Part shown: piece after piece, positions 6,802 to 15,359 of the stretch
How the letters are laid out: the number at the start of each line of letters is the position of its first letter
Numbering within the stretch: position 1 is the stretch's first letter
Source: Mycobacterium sp. 663a-19
Lineage (GTDB): Bacteria; Actinomycetota; Actinomycetes; Mycobacteriales; Mycobacteriaceae
Direction: 5' to 3'
NCBI RefSeq assembly: GCF_035616495.1
Contig: NZ_JAPJAV010000002.1
Coordinates: forward strand, 127,762 to 159,761
Length of the DNA: 32,000 nt
Notes under the pieces: model-generated
Seen by the model: only the letters and a program-made list of their open reading frames with translations
Database searches by the model: none
What the model was told of the DNA's origin: nothing
Position numbers and translations under genes: made by a program

Positions 6802-8142
6802 TCAGTCGAAGAGCACCGCGGCGTTGAGGTAGCCGGCCGGGTCCAATGCGGCCTTGACCGTCCGCATTGCGGCGATATCGGCTGCCTCCCTTGACATTCC
6901 GAGGTACGCGCGCTTGCGGCTGCCGACGCCGTGCTCGGAGCTGACGTTGCCGCCGCACTGCGCGATGAGTTCCATCATCGGCCCGTACAGCGCCGCCTCC
7001 CGCTCGACCGGGCAGCGCAGCACATTGAGGTGCAGGTTGCCCTCGCCGATGTGGCCGAACAGCACCGGCAGCGCCTCGCGATCGCTCGCCGCGATCAGGG
7101 CGACCGCCTCCCGGGCGAAGCCACCAATTGCCGCCAAGGGCAACGAAACGTCGAACTTCAGCGGCGGCCCGTACACGCCGAGCACCTCGGCGAGCGACTC
7201 GCGGACCCGCCACAACCGTTGCTGCGCGGCCACATCCACGCCCACCGCCGGCTCGCCGCACATCCGCACGCCGTCGAGCAGGCCGGCGAGCCGATCGGTC
7301 TGATCGTGGTCGCCGGCCAGCTCCACCAACAGCAACCAGTCGCCGTCCACCGGCGCGCCGACCCCGAGGCGCTCGCCGGTCAGCGCGGCGGCGCGGCCGT
7401 CGATCAGCTCCAGCGCGGCGATCCCGTCCACGTCCCGGAACACCCGACCGGCCTCGACGAGCGACTCGAGGTCGGCGAACCCGCACACCGCCGTGACCCG
7501 GTGCGACGGGGTGGGGTGCAGCCGCAGGTCCAGCGCGGTGATGACGCCGAGGGTGCCCTCGGCGCCGACGAAGAGCGCCGGCAGGTCGTAGCCCGTGTTG
7601 TCGCGCAGCACCGCGCTGCGCCGGCGCAGCAGCGAGCCGTCGGGCAGCGCCACCTCCAGGCCGACGACCTGCTCGCCCATGTTGCCGTACCGGACCGTGC
7701 GCAGCCCGCCGGCGTTCGTCGAGGCCATGCCGCCGACGGTTGCGGTGTCCCGGGCCGCCAGGTCCACGCCAAACACCAAACCCGCTGCGGCAGAGGCGCT
7801 TTGGAGCGCGGCCAGCGTGGCGCCGGCGCCGACCGAGACACGGCGCTCGACCGTGTCGACCTCGCCGACAGCACTCAACCGCTCGGTGGACAGCAGCACG
7901 TCGTCGTGCTCGGGAACGGTTCCGGCCACCAGCGAGGTCCGGCCGCCCTGCACCGTGACGTGCGCCCCAGCGTCGCGGCACACCCGCAGCACCTCGGCGA
8001 CCTGCTCGGCCGAGCCCGGCCGCACCAGCGCGCTGGCCCGGCCCCGGTAGCGCCCGGTGTGGTCGACGCTGCGGCCGGCCAGGACGTCGGGATCGGTGAC
8101 GACGTGACTCGATCCGACCGCATCCGCCAGGCCGCGCAGCAT
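6802..8142 (-). CDS. FAD-binding oxidoreductase (FAD-linked oxidase/GlcD-like; Rv0161-like)
   Basis: 446-aa ORF with an FAD-binding PCMH-type N-terminus (ALVRPGSAEQVAEVLRVCRDAGAHVTVQGGRTSLVAG) and a C-terminal SSEHGVGSRKR. Confidence 0.9.
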   Translation of the reverse strand: MLRGLADAVGSSHVVTDPDVLAGRSVDHTGRYRGRASALVRPGSAEQVAEVLRVCRDAGAHVTVQGGRTSLVAGTVPEHDDVLLSTERLSAVGEVDTVERRVSVGAGATLAALQSASAAAGLVFGVDLAARDTATVGGMASTNAGGLRTVRYGNMGEQVVGLEVALPDGSLLRRRSAVLRDNTGYDLPALFVGAEGTLGVITALDLRLHPTPSHRVTAVCGFADLESLVEAGRVFRDVDGIAALELIDGRAAALTGERLGVGAPVDGDWLLLVELAGDHDQTDRLAGLLDGVRMCGEPAVGVDVAAQQRLWRVRESLAEVLGVYGPPLKFDVSLPLAAIGGFAREAVALIAASDREALPVLFGHIGEGNLHLNVLRCPVEREAALYGPMMELIAQCGGNVSSEHGVGSRKRAYLGMSREAADIAAMRTVKAALDPAGYLNAAVLFD

Positions 8143-8158
8143 GTTCGCGGTTATCGCC

Positions 8159-8899
8159 CTAGAACTCCTTGTGCGGCACGTCGGTCACCAACCCGCCGTC
8201 CATCACGAACTCGCTGCCGGTCGTGTACGACGACTCGTCGCTGGCGAGGAACAGCACGAACGTGGACACCTCCCGCGCCTCGCCGGGGCGGCCCAGCGGC
8301 ACGGTGACCATGTCCTCGGGCAGCTTCTCGGTCATCGGGGTGCGGATGAAGCCGGGGTGTATCGAGTTGACCCGAATGTTGAACGGCGCCAACTCCAGCG
8401 CCGCCGACTTGGCCAGGCCGCGCACCGCCCATTTCGATGCGACGTAGGGGTGCACGGCCGGCGCGCCGCGCAGCCCCTCGATCGACGACACGTTGATGAT
8501 CGAGCCGCCCCCGGCCGCGGTCATCGGGTCGACGGCCACCCGCATGCCCAGGAACGTGCCGGTCAGGTTGACGTCGATAACCTTCTGCCACTTGCCCAGA
8601 TCGAAATTCCGCAGCTGACCCAGCGCCACGATGCCGGCGTTGTTCACCAGCACGTCGAGCTTGCCGAATTCGCCGGTGGCCGTTGCGACCGCGGCGTCCC
8701 ACTGGTCGGGCTGGGTGACGTCGAGGTGGACGTAGCGCGCCGACTCGCCGATTTCGTCGGCCAGCGCCTTGCCCTCGTCGTCGAGGATGTCGCCGATCAC
8801 CACCTTGGCGCCCTCCTCCGCGAGCAGGCGGGCGTGCGAGGCGCCCATCCCGCGGGCACCACCACTGATCAGTGCGACTTTGCCGTCTACCCGTCCCAC
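8159..8899 (-). CDS. SDR family oxidoreductase, FabG3-like 3-alpha/20-beta-hydroxysteroid dehydrogenase
   Basis: 246-aa ORF with SGGARGMG cofactor motif, NNAG, and S...YVASK catalytic residues. It is similar along its length to M. tuberculosis FabG3 as I recall that sequence. Confidence 0.9.
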   Translation of the reverse strand: MGRVDGKVALISGGARGMGASHARLLAEEGAKVVIGDILDDEGKALADEIGESARYVHLDVTQPDQWDAAVATATGEFGKLDVLVNNAGIVALGQLRNFDLGKWQKVIDVNLTGTFLGMRVAVDPMTAAGGGSIINVSSIEGLRGAPAVHPYVASKWAVRGLAKSAALELAPFNIRVNSIHPGFIRTPMTEKLPEDMVTVPLGRPGEAREVSTFVLFLASDESSYTTGSEFVMDGGLVTDVPHKEF

Positions 8900-8926
8900 G
8901 CGGGTCTCCTTTCGATTCGGTCCAAT

Positions 8927-10027
8927 TTAGGTGGCCACCAAGGTGTTTGGCGCGTACAGGCCCCTGCCGGTCACCAGTGGCAGGTCGAGGGTGGTGCAAA
9001 TCCCGGGCGGCGCGGCGACCACCGCCGGGATGGCGTTGACGATGCGGCCCGCGGCGCCGGCGATCGCGGCGTGGTTGTGGTCGCCCTTGCGGCTGCTCGG
9101 AACGACGTCCACGGCGTACGACGGCTCCCCGGTGATCTCGATGCGATACGAGCCGCCACCCGAAGCCGGTTGCCGCCACTCGGGTTTCAGGTCGGGGCGC
9201 AGCCGGGTGACGTGCTCGATCACGATGGCGGGATGCCCGGCGACCATGCCGCGGATCTCGAACTGCAGCGCGGCCTGCGTGCCCTTGGCGACGTGTCCCA
9301 CCGCGATGTCGAAGTCTTCCGGCGCCGGCTCGCGCTGGTACGACTCGGTGATCTCGTCGACCTCGATGCCGAGGCCGGCCGCCAGCTGACGGATCGCCGC
9401 TCCCCAGGCGATGCCCAGCACGCCCGGTTGCAGGAGCATCGGCACCTCGTCCAGGGGCCGGGCGAACCCCATGTAGTGCATGACTTCCCGGCCGTTGTAA
9501 CCCGCGTAGTCGTGGATCTCCATGCACCGCACTTGCTCGACGCGCTGACAGGTCCCGAAGAGCGCGAACGGGAGCAGGTCGTTGATGAACCCGGGGTCGA
9601 CGCCGTTGATGAAGAGACTCGAATTGCCTTGCCGCGCAGCGGCTTCCACCGGTTCGACGTATTTCGCCGGCAGCACGCCCCACGGGTACTGCAGCAGGCC
9701 GGGCGAAGACCCGACGACGTTGACGCCGGCGGCCAGGATGCGCATCACATCCGTCATCGCGTCCGGCATCCGGGTGTCGCCCATGGCGCAGTACACGACG
9801 CAGTCGGGGTCGGTCGCCAGGATCTCGTCGAGGCTTCCGACGGCCGTGACGCCCGTGGTGACGTTCCCGTCCAGGCCGACGCCGCACAGTTCTCCGGCGT
9901 CCCTGCCCACCTTCTCGGGTGTGGACACGCACACCCCCGTCAGTTCGAACTGCGGATTGGTGATGAGTTCGGCCAACGCCAGGCCCCCGACATTCCCGGT
10001 GCCGACGTGCGCGACGCGGATCGCCAT
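8927..10027 (-). CDS. DapB-N-like NAD(P)-binding oxidoreductase (dihydrodipicolinate reductase family / amine dehydrogenase-like)
   Basis: 366-aa ORF with an N-terminal Rossmann motif (IRVAHVGTGNVG). GGAGAC SD lies upstream of the ATG at 10027. Family assignment is from memory of similarly annotated mycobacterial proteins. Confidence 0.8.
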   Translation of the reverse strand: MAIRVAHVGTGNVGGLALAELITNPQFELTGVCVSTPEKVGRDAGELCGVGLDGNVTTGVTAVGSLDEILATDPDCVVYCAMGDTRMPDAMTDVMRILAAGVNVVGSSPGLLQYPWGVLPAKYVEPVEAAARQGNSSLFINGVDPGFINDLLPFALFGTCQRVEQVRCMEIHDYAGYNGREVMHYMGFARPLDEVPMLLQPGVLGIAWGAAIRQLAAGLGIEVDEITESYQREPAPEDFDIAVGHVAKGTQAALQFEIRGMVAGHPAIVIEHVTRLRPDLKPEWRQPASGGGSYRIEITGEPSYAVDVVPSSRKGDHNHAAIAGAAGRIVNAIPAVVAAPPGICTTLDLPLVTGRGLYAPNTLVAT

Positions 10028-10052
10028 CAGAGTCTCCGTCCTTCGAAAGAAG

Positions 10053-10069
10053 CTGGAAAACCTTTCCAG
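10053..10069. promoter_or_regulatory. Perfect 7-3-7 palindrome CTGGAAA-ACC-TTTCCAG in a divergent promoter region
   Basis: Read directly. It lies in the 82-bp gap between the starts at 10027 (-) and 10110 (+). Confidence 0.3.
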
Positions 10070-10109
10070 ACACTAGTCCACAGTTCGCGGCGGCATTCGG
10101 GCAGGCAGA

Positions 10110-11018
10110 ATGGGCGCCATGACACAGCGCGAGGATGTCCGGTTCGCGTCCGGCGCCGACCGGATCAGCGCGTGGCTCTACCGGCCGGCCGCGGCCCACC
10201 CCACGCCGCTGCTGGTGATGGCGCACGGGCTGGGCGCGGTGCGCACCATGCGGCTGGACGCCTACGCCGAGCGGTTCAGCGCGGCCGGCTACGCCTGCCT
10301 GGTGTTCGACTACCGCAACTTCGGCGACAGCGAGGGCCGGCCGCGTCAGCTGCTCGACATCGGCATGCAGCTGTCCGACTGGGCCGCGGCCGTGGACTAC
10401 GCCCGCACCCTGCCCGGCATCGACCCCAACCGAATCGGCCTGTGGGGCACGTCTTTTGGAGGTGGACATGTCATCGCCACGGCGGCCCGGCTGCCGGGCA
10501 TCGCCGCCGCCCTGGCCCAGTGCCCGTACACCGACGGCATCGCCTCCTTGCGCGCGATCAGCCCGGTGACCGTCGCACGCATCACCGCGCGGGCGATTCG
10601 CGACGCCGTCGGGGCCATCGCCGGAAGGCCGCCGGTGATGATCCCCACGGCGGGCAGGCCTGGCGAGGTCGCGTTGATGACCGCACCCGACGCGTACCCG
10701 GGCTACCTGCGGCTGATCCCAGAGGGCCGAACCGTGCCCAACGAGGTCGCCGCCCGCATCGGGCTCAAGGTCGCCACCTACCGCCCGGGCCGCCTCGCCG
10801 CGAAGGTCCGCTGCCCAATCCTGTTCTGCGTGTGCGAAACCGACTCGGTGGCCCCCGCCGGCGCCACGCTGCGCCATGCCGCGCGGGCCCCGCGCGGTGA
10901 GGTCAGTACGTACCCCGAGGGCCACTTCGAGATATACGTCGGCGACGCCTTCGAGCGGGTGGTCGCCGACCAGATCGCCTTCCTCGACATGCACCTGACT
11001 CCCGCAGCACCGACTTAG
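10110..11018 (+). CDS. Alpha/beta hydrolase
   Basis: 302-aa ORF with nucleophile elbow GTSFGGG and an HG oxyanion motif (VMAHGLG). An alternative ATG at 10119 is possible. Confidence 0.88.
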   Translation: MGAMTQREDVRFASGADRISAWLYRPAAAHPTPLLVMAHGLGAVRTMRLDAYAERFSAAGYACLVFDYRNFGDSEGRPRQLLDIGMQLSDWAAAVDYARTLPGIDPNRIGLWGTSFGGGHVIATAARLPGIAAALAQCPYTDGIASLRAISPVTVARITARAIRDAVGAIAGRPPVMIPTAGRPGEVALMTAPDAYPGYLRLIPEGRTVPNEVAARIGLKVATYRPGRLAAKVRCPILFCVCETDSVAPAGATLRHAARAPRGEVSTYPEGHFEIYVGDAFERVVADQIAFLDMHLTPAAPT

Positions 11019-11104
11019 CCGAAACGGGGGACGCCCCGCGGGGGCCGTCCTATGCTCAGTCTCGAGTCCAGGGGGAATGGGGAGATGGCGAGAAGGACGG
11101 GGCG

Positions 11105-12610
11105 ATGTCGTACGTAGTCACCACCCCGGAAACGCTGGCGGCCGCGGCCGCGGATGTGGAGAACATCGGTTCGGCGATCAGCACCGCCAGCTCTACCGCG
11201 GCGGGGCCGACCACCGGCTTGGTTCCGGCGGCCGAGGACGAGGTGTCGGCGGCCATCGCCAAATTGTTCGGCGCCTACGGCCAGGAGTACCAGGCGGTCG
11301 TGTCGCAGGCCACGGCGTTCCACAACGAGTTCACCGAGGCGCTGGCATCCGCGGGAAATGCCTACCTGGACGCCGAGGCCGCCAACTCGTCCCTGATGAT
11401 CGGGCCGCCGAACGCGCTGACGGCGGCGGCCGGCACCGGCGGGCCCGGCGGGCTCGGCGCGATGATGCCCATGTCGTCGCTGTCGTCGATGACGTCGATG
11501 TCGAACGCGACGTCGGCGGACCCGCTGATCGCGTTGATCATGGGCGGCACCGGTAACCCGACGCCGAATCCCGGCTATGTGGCAAGCATCTTCAACTCGT
11601 TCATCCAGCCGAACCCTGCCTTCGCCGGGGCGATTCCGCAGGGCCTGTTCACCCCCGAGCAGTTCTGGCCGATCACCCCCAATCTCGGCAACCTGACGTT
11701 CGGGCAATCGGTCTCGCAGGGCGTGAACCTGCTCAACACCGCGCTCGTCGGCCCCACCGGGGTGCTCACCCAGGGAAACAGCGCCCTGGTCGTCGGCTAC
11801 TCGCAGAGCGCCACCGTCGCCACCAACGAGATCAGCGCGCTGATGGCGGCGGGCTCGCCGTATCAGGGCGACCTGTCCTTCATGCTGCTCGCGGATCCCA
11901 ACAACCCCGTCGGCGGCATCCTGGAGCGCTTCCCTGGGTTTTACCTGCCGTTCCTGGACGTGCCGTTCAACGGCGCGACGCCGCCGCTTTCCCCCTACGC
12001 GACGAGCATTTTCACGATCCAGTACGACGGCATCGCCAACGCGCCGCAATACCCGCTGAATTTCGTGTCGGACGCCAATGCCTTCGCGGGCGCCCTGACC
12101 TTGCACCACACCTATCCCACGCTGACGGCCGCCCAGCTCGCCAACGCGGTGCAGTTGCCGACGTCGCCGGGTTACACCGGCAGCACCCAGTACTACGAGT
12201 TGCTGACGCAGAACCTGCCGCTGCTGCAGCCGCTTCGCGACATCCCGTTCGCCGGCAATCCCCTCGCCGACGTGGTCCAGCCCGATTTGCGGGTGCTCGT
12301 CGACCTGGGTTACGGCTCCTACGGGCCCGGCCTGAACTACGCGAACGTGCCCACCCCGGCCGGTCTGTTCGAGGTGGTCAACCCGTTCACCACCGGCCCC
12401 GACCTGCTCCTCGGGTCCGTGCAGGGGCCCCAGTCGGCGCTGGTGGATCTCGGGCTGCTGCCGCAGTCCGCGCTGCCGACCGCCTACCCGTATCTCCCGT
12501 CCATCGATCCGAACCTGAACTTCTTCCTGGGCCAGCCGAGCGTGACGGGGCTGTCGGTGCTCAGCGGCGTCACCGGGGACCTGCTGCACCTGATTCCGCC
12601 CATCCACTGA
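11105..12610 (+). CDS. PE family protein with C-terminal PE-PPE (serine hydrolase-like) domain
   Basis: The N-terminus MSYVVTTPETLAAAAADVENIGSAI...AAEDEVSAAIAKLFGAYGQEYQA is a canonical PE domain. An M/S-rich linker (MMPMSSLSSMTSMS) follows, then a PE-PPE domain with GYSQSA (GxSxG-like). GAAGGA SD lies upstream. Confidence 0.93.
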   Translation: MSYVVTTPETLAAAAADVENIGSAISTASSTAAGPTTGLVPAAEDEVSAAIAKLFGAYGQEYQAVVSQATAFHNEFTEALASAGNAYLDAEAANSSLMIGPPNALTAAAGTGGPGGLGAMMPMSSLSSMTSMSNATSADPLIALIMGGTGNPTPNPGYVASIFNSFIQPNPAFAGAIPQGLFTPEQFWPITPNLGNLTFGQSVSQGVNLLNTALVGPTGVLTQGNSALVVGYSQSATVATNEISALMAAGSPYQGDLSFMLLADPNNPVGGILERFPGFYLPFLDVPFNGATPPLSPYATSIFTIQYDGIANAPQYPLNFVSDANAFAGALTLHHTYPTLTAAQLANAVQLPTSPGYTGSTQYYELLTQNLPLLQPLRDIPFAGNPLADVVQPDLRVLVDLGYGSYGPGLNYANVPTPAGLFEVVNPFTTGPDLLLGSVQGPQSALVDLGLLPQSALPTAYPYLPSIDPNLNFFLGQPSVTGLSVLSGVTGDLLHLIPPIH

Positions 12611-12625
12611 CGGCCGGCGGCTCGG

Positions 12626-13249
12626 TTAGGGCCCGAGCGGAGAGGTGTTCCGGATCGTTTCGTCGCGGATCAGGCCGCGGAGCAGCGCGGTGCTGAATTC
12701 GGCGGCGATCTCCTTGGCGCTGCGCCGCCCATGCGGTCGCAGCCAGCGGTAGCTGCCCAGCGTCATCCCGATGTAGCCGAGCGCCACCACGTGCGAGTCG
12801 CACTCGAAGAACTCGCCGCTGGCGATCCCGCGGTCGATGAGGCCGTGCACGTGCTCGTAGACCTGCGCCTCCTTCTCGCGCACCTCGGCGACCTGCTCGC
12901 TGGTGAACCACTCGGTGATGTAGGGCTGTTCCTGGAAGTACACGGCGGCCCGCTCGGGATTGCTCGCGATGCCGGTGAGCAGCCGGATGGTGTATTGGTA
13001 GAGCGCCTCGCGCGCCGTCCAGGACGGGTCGTCGTGCACGGCGGCCAGCGTGCCCTCGGCGGCCTGACGGTAGATGTCGAACAGGATCAGCGACTTGCTG
13101 GCGTAGTAGTGGTAGACGGTCGCCTTGTTCAGGCCGATCACGTCGGCGACGTCGTCCATCCGGGTGCCGTGGTAGCCGCGGGCGGCGAACAGCTTGGTGG
13201 CGACGGCCAGCAACTCCTCGCGGCGGGTCAACCCGTTCTCGGATGGCAT
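12626..13249 (-). CDS. TetR family transcriptional regulator (Rv0158-like)
   Basis: 207-aa ORF with HTH (REELLAVATKLFAARGYHGTRMDDVADVIGLNKATVYHYY). Its position next to pntB matches the Rv0158 context. Confidence 0.92.
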   Translation of the reverse strand: MPSENGLTRREELLAVATKLFAARGYHGTRMDDVADVIGLNKATVYHYYASKSLILFDIYRQAAEGTLAAVHDDPSWTAREALYQYTIRLLTGIASNPERAAVYFQEQPYITEWFTSEQVAEVREKEAQVYEHVHGLIDRGIASGEFFECDSHVVALGYIGMTLGSYRWLRPHGRRSAKEIAAEFSTALLRGLIRDETIRNTSPLGP

Positions 13250-13413
13250 CTGTGCTCACTATCGTCATTGCCGGCGGGGCTGGTCGGATGCCGGGCAAGG
13301 CTAATTATCAATCAACTGGTTGGACAGTTTAGGCAAATCCCGGGTGTCAGACGGACAGGGATGGGACTAGACTTCAATTTTCGAAGCTGAAGTCGCGACT
13401 GGAGGGGTGGCCG

Positions 13414-13539
13414 ATGGATCCGAACCCGGACTACGACATGAGCGACGAGATCGAATTCTTCTTCAGGTACGTCCCATGGGGTCTGCGGGGGGTCGTCGAC
13501 GGCAACGGATACCCGCCGCCCGCATATCCGCCGGTCTAG
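13414..13539 (+). CDS. Small ORF, 41 aa (MDPNPDYDMSDEIEFFFRYVPWGLRGVVDGNGYPPPAYPPV), not in the ORF track
   Basis: My own translation. GGAGGGG SD at 13401-13407 lies 6 nt before the ATG. 34 of 41 third codon positions are G/C, against 26 of 41 for the exactly antisense listed ORF. The stop is followed 4 nt later by the palindromic terminator element. Confidence 0.5.
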   Translation: MDPNPDYDMSDEIEFFFRYVPWGLRGVVDGNGYPPPAYPPV

Positions 13540-13543
13540 AACG

Positions 13544-13608
13544 GCGCGAGCAGACATAAAAGCCCCCCACACGCTCGGCGTGTCGGGGGCTTTTATGTCT
13601 GCTCGCGC
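13544..13608. repeat. 65-nt near-perfect palindromic element, copy 1 (REP/TRIT-like)
   Basis: GCGCGAGCAGACATAAAAGCCCCC (13544-13567) is the exact reverse complement of GGGGGCTTTTATGTCTGCTCGCGC (13585-13608). An inner ACACG/CGTGT stem with a 5-nt loop lies between them. The outer 12 nt are identical to copy 2. Confidence 0.8.
13558..13594. terminator. Bidirectional intrinsic terminator core (AAAA-GCCCCC...GGGGGC-TTTT) shared by pntB and the small ORF
   Basis: This is the inner part of the palindrome. A GC-rich stem is flanked by an A-tract on one side and a T-tract on the other. It sits between the convergent stops at 13539 (+) and 13612 (-). Confidence 0.6.
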
Positions 13609-13611
13609 TCG

Positions 13612-15036
13612 CTAAAGCGCCTTTAACTCCTCGGCGACCTCGGTCACCGACTTCTTCGCGTCGCCGAACAACATCGTCGTCCCCTCGGCATAGAACAGCG
13701 GGTTGTCGATGCCCGCGAACCCGGAATTCATCGACCGCTTCAGCACGATCACCGACTTGGCCTTGTCCACGTTGAGGATGGGCATGCCGTAGATCGGACT
13801 GGAGGTCTCGTTGCGGGCCGCCGGGTTGGTGACGTCGTTGGCGCCGATGACGATCGCGACGTCGGTGCGGGCGAACTCGTCGTTGATGTCGTCCATGTCC
13901 TTCATCGCGTCGTAGTCGACCTCGGCCTCGGCCAGCAGCACGTTCATGTGCCCGGGCATGCGGCCGGCCACCGGGTGGATCGCGTACTTCACCGGCACGC
14001 CCTTCTCCTCCAGCAGCGACGCCATGTCCTTGACGGCGTGCTGAGCCTGCGCGACGGCCAGGCCGTAACCCGGGACCACGATCACCTGGTTGGCGTAGGC
14101 CAGCTGAATCGCCGCGTCTGACGCCGAGGTGGACTTGACGTGCTTGTCGCCGCCGCCTTCGCCGCTGGGAGCCACGCCGCCGCCGCCGAAGCCGCCGGCG
14201 ACGATCGCGGGGATAGAACGGTTCATCGCCTTGGCCATCAGGTTGGTCAGGATCGAACCCGAGGCGCCGACGATCATGCCCGCCACGATCATCGCGGTGT
14301 TGTTCAGCGCCAACCCCGCTGCGGCGGCCGACAGCCCGGTCATCGCGTTGAGCAGCGAGATGACCACCGGCATGTCCGCGCCGCCGATGGGCAACACCAC
14401 CATCAGGCCCAGCACCCCGGCCGCGGCGAGCAGGCCGATCATCCACCACAGCGACGCCCCGCCGGTGCCGGGATGCGCGTGCACGCCGATCACCACGGCG
14501 GCCGCGACGGCCCCGGCCAACAGCAGCACGTTGACCGGTTGCTGGGCCCTGCCGAGGCCGATCGGCGATCCGGAGATGATCTCCTGCAGCTTGCCGAACG
14601 CGATGATCGATCCCCAGAACGAGATCGACCCGATAATCGCGGCGAACAGCGATGCCACCACGATGTGCACGGTCGGCGACTCGTGGTGCTGGAAGGCCGA
14701 AAAGCCCGATGTCTCAATGAATTCCGACAGCGCGATGAGCGCGACGGTGCCGCCGCCGACACCGTTGAAGAACGCCACCAGCTGCGGCATGGCGGTCATC
14801 TTGGTGTAGCGGGCCGGCGGCACGCCGAGCACGACGCCGACCACGAGGCCGGTGACGATCAGCACCCATTGGTCGGTGTGCCGGATCTTGATCAGCGTCG
14901 CCGCCACCGCGATGGCCATGCCGACCGCGGCGATGAGGTTGCCGCGCACCGCGGTCTTGGGCCCGGTCAGGCCCATCAGGCCGTAAATGAACAGCGCGAA
15001 CGAGACGATGTAGAGGCCGATCACCAGGTAGTTCAT
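13612..15036 (-). CDS. pntB: NAD(P) transhydrogenase subunit beta
   Basis: 474-aa ORF with multiple TM helices followed by an NADP(H)-binding domain (VVPGYGLAVAQAQH, PVAGRMPGHMNVLLAEA). Its ATG overlaps the pntAb stop (ATGA). Confidence 0.96.
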   Translation of the reverse strand: MNYLVIGLYIVSFALFIYGLMGLTGPKTAVRGNLIAAVGMAIAVAATLIKIRHTDQWVLIVTGLVVGVVLGVPPARYTKMTAMPQLVAFFNGVGGGTVALIALSEFIETSGFSAFQHHESPTVHIVVASLFAAIIGSISFWGSIIAFGKLQEIISGSPIGLGRAQQPVNVLLLAGAVAAAVVIGVHAHPGTGGASLWWMIGLLAAAGVLGLMVVLPIGGADMPVVISLLNAMTGLSAAAAGLALNNTAMIVAGMIVGASGSILTNLMAKAMNRSIPAIVAGGFGGGGVAPSGEGGGDKHVKSTSASDAAIQLAYANQVIVVPGYGLAVAQAQHAVKDMASLLEEKGVPVKYAIHPVAGRMPGHMNVLLAEAEVDYDAMKDMDDINDEFARTDVAIVIGANDVTNPAARNETSSPIYGMPILNVDKAKSVIVLKRSMNSGFAGIDNPLFYAEGTTMLFGDAKKSVTEVAEELKAL

Positions 15037-15359
15037 TTGGCGGCCGGCTCCTCAACCTTTGCCGGGGTCCGCTTCTTGCCCTTGAACATGCCCAGCATCC
15101 GGTCGGTGACGATGAAACCGCCGATGACGTTCAGCGTGCCGAACACCACCGCCACGAACAGGATGATCTGCACCGCCAGCGACGGGTGCTCCACCTCGCC
15201 GAACACCACCAGCGCGCCCAGCACCACGATCCCGTGGATCGCGTTGGTCCCCGACATCAGCGGCGTGTGCAACGTGTTGGGCACCTTGGAGATCACCGCG
15301 AAGCCGACGAACCCGGACAGCACCAGGATCGCCACGTTGGCCAATAACTCGTCGTACAT
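15033..15359 (-). CDS. pntAb: NAD(P) transhydrogenase subunit alpha, part 2 (membrane)
   Basis: ORF-track frame 15033..15386, trimmed to MYDELLANVAILVLSGFVGFAVISKVPNTLHTPLMSGTNAIHG. This matches the M. tuberculosis PntAb N-terminus as I recall it. The start overlaps the pntAa stop (TGATG). Confidence 0.93.
   Translation of the reverse strand: MYDELLANVAILVLSGFVGFAVISKVPNTLHTPLMSGTNAIHGIVVLGALVVFGEVEHPSLAVQIILFVAVVFGTLNVIGGFIVTDRMLGMFKGKKRTPAKVEEPAAK

Noticed and set aside
8141-10994. Very long ORFs on both strands (8141..10900 +, 919 aa; 8151..10994 -, 947 aa). Similar giants occur elsewhere: 1374..3302, 11015..12607, 16962..18563, 20052..21539 and 25308..26897.
   Set aside because: Their translations are Arg/Gly/Pro/His-rich low-complexity sequence typical of out-of-frame or antisense reading of high-GC coding DNA. 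Each overlaps genes with clear family signatures in another frame.
11027-11051. GC-rich imperfect hairpin (GGACGCCCCGCGGGGGCCGTCC) after the hydrolase stop, upstream of the PE gene.
   Set aside because: Pairing needs a bulge and a very small loop, and no U-tract follows. It is a possible terminator but too ambiguous to annotate.
13313-13322. CAAC-TG-GTTG mini-palindrome in the AT-rich stretch upstream of the Rv0158-like TetR gene.
   Set aside because: The arms are only 4 bp and do not extend, which is too short to call an operator without comparative data.
13358-13395. A GGGACTAGACTTC segment resembling half of a DosR box, and a CTTC-N7-GAAG repeat upstream of the small ORF.
   Set aside because: Only one half-site matches the GGGACT-N4-AGTCCC-type consensus, and the arms of the second repeat are 4 bp. 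This is within chance expectation.
13312-13572. 86-aa minus-strand ORF in the TetR-pntB gap.
   Set aside because: It starts inside the palindromic terminator and has no SD. It is in exact antisense phase to the 41-codon plus-strand ORF, which has the better third-position GC (34/41 versus 26/41) and a strong SD.
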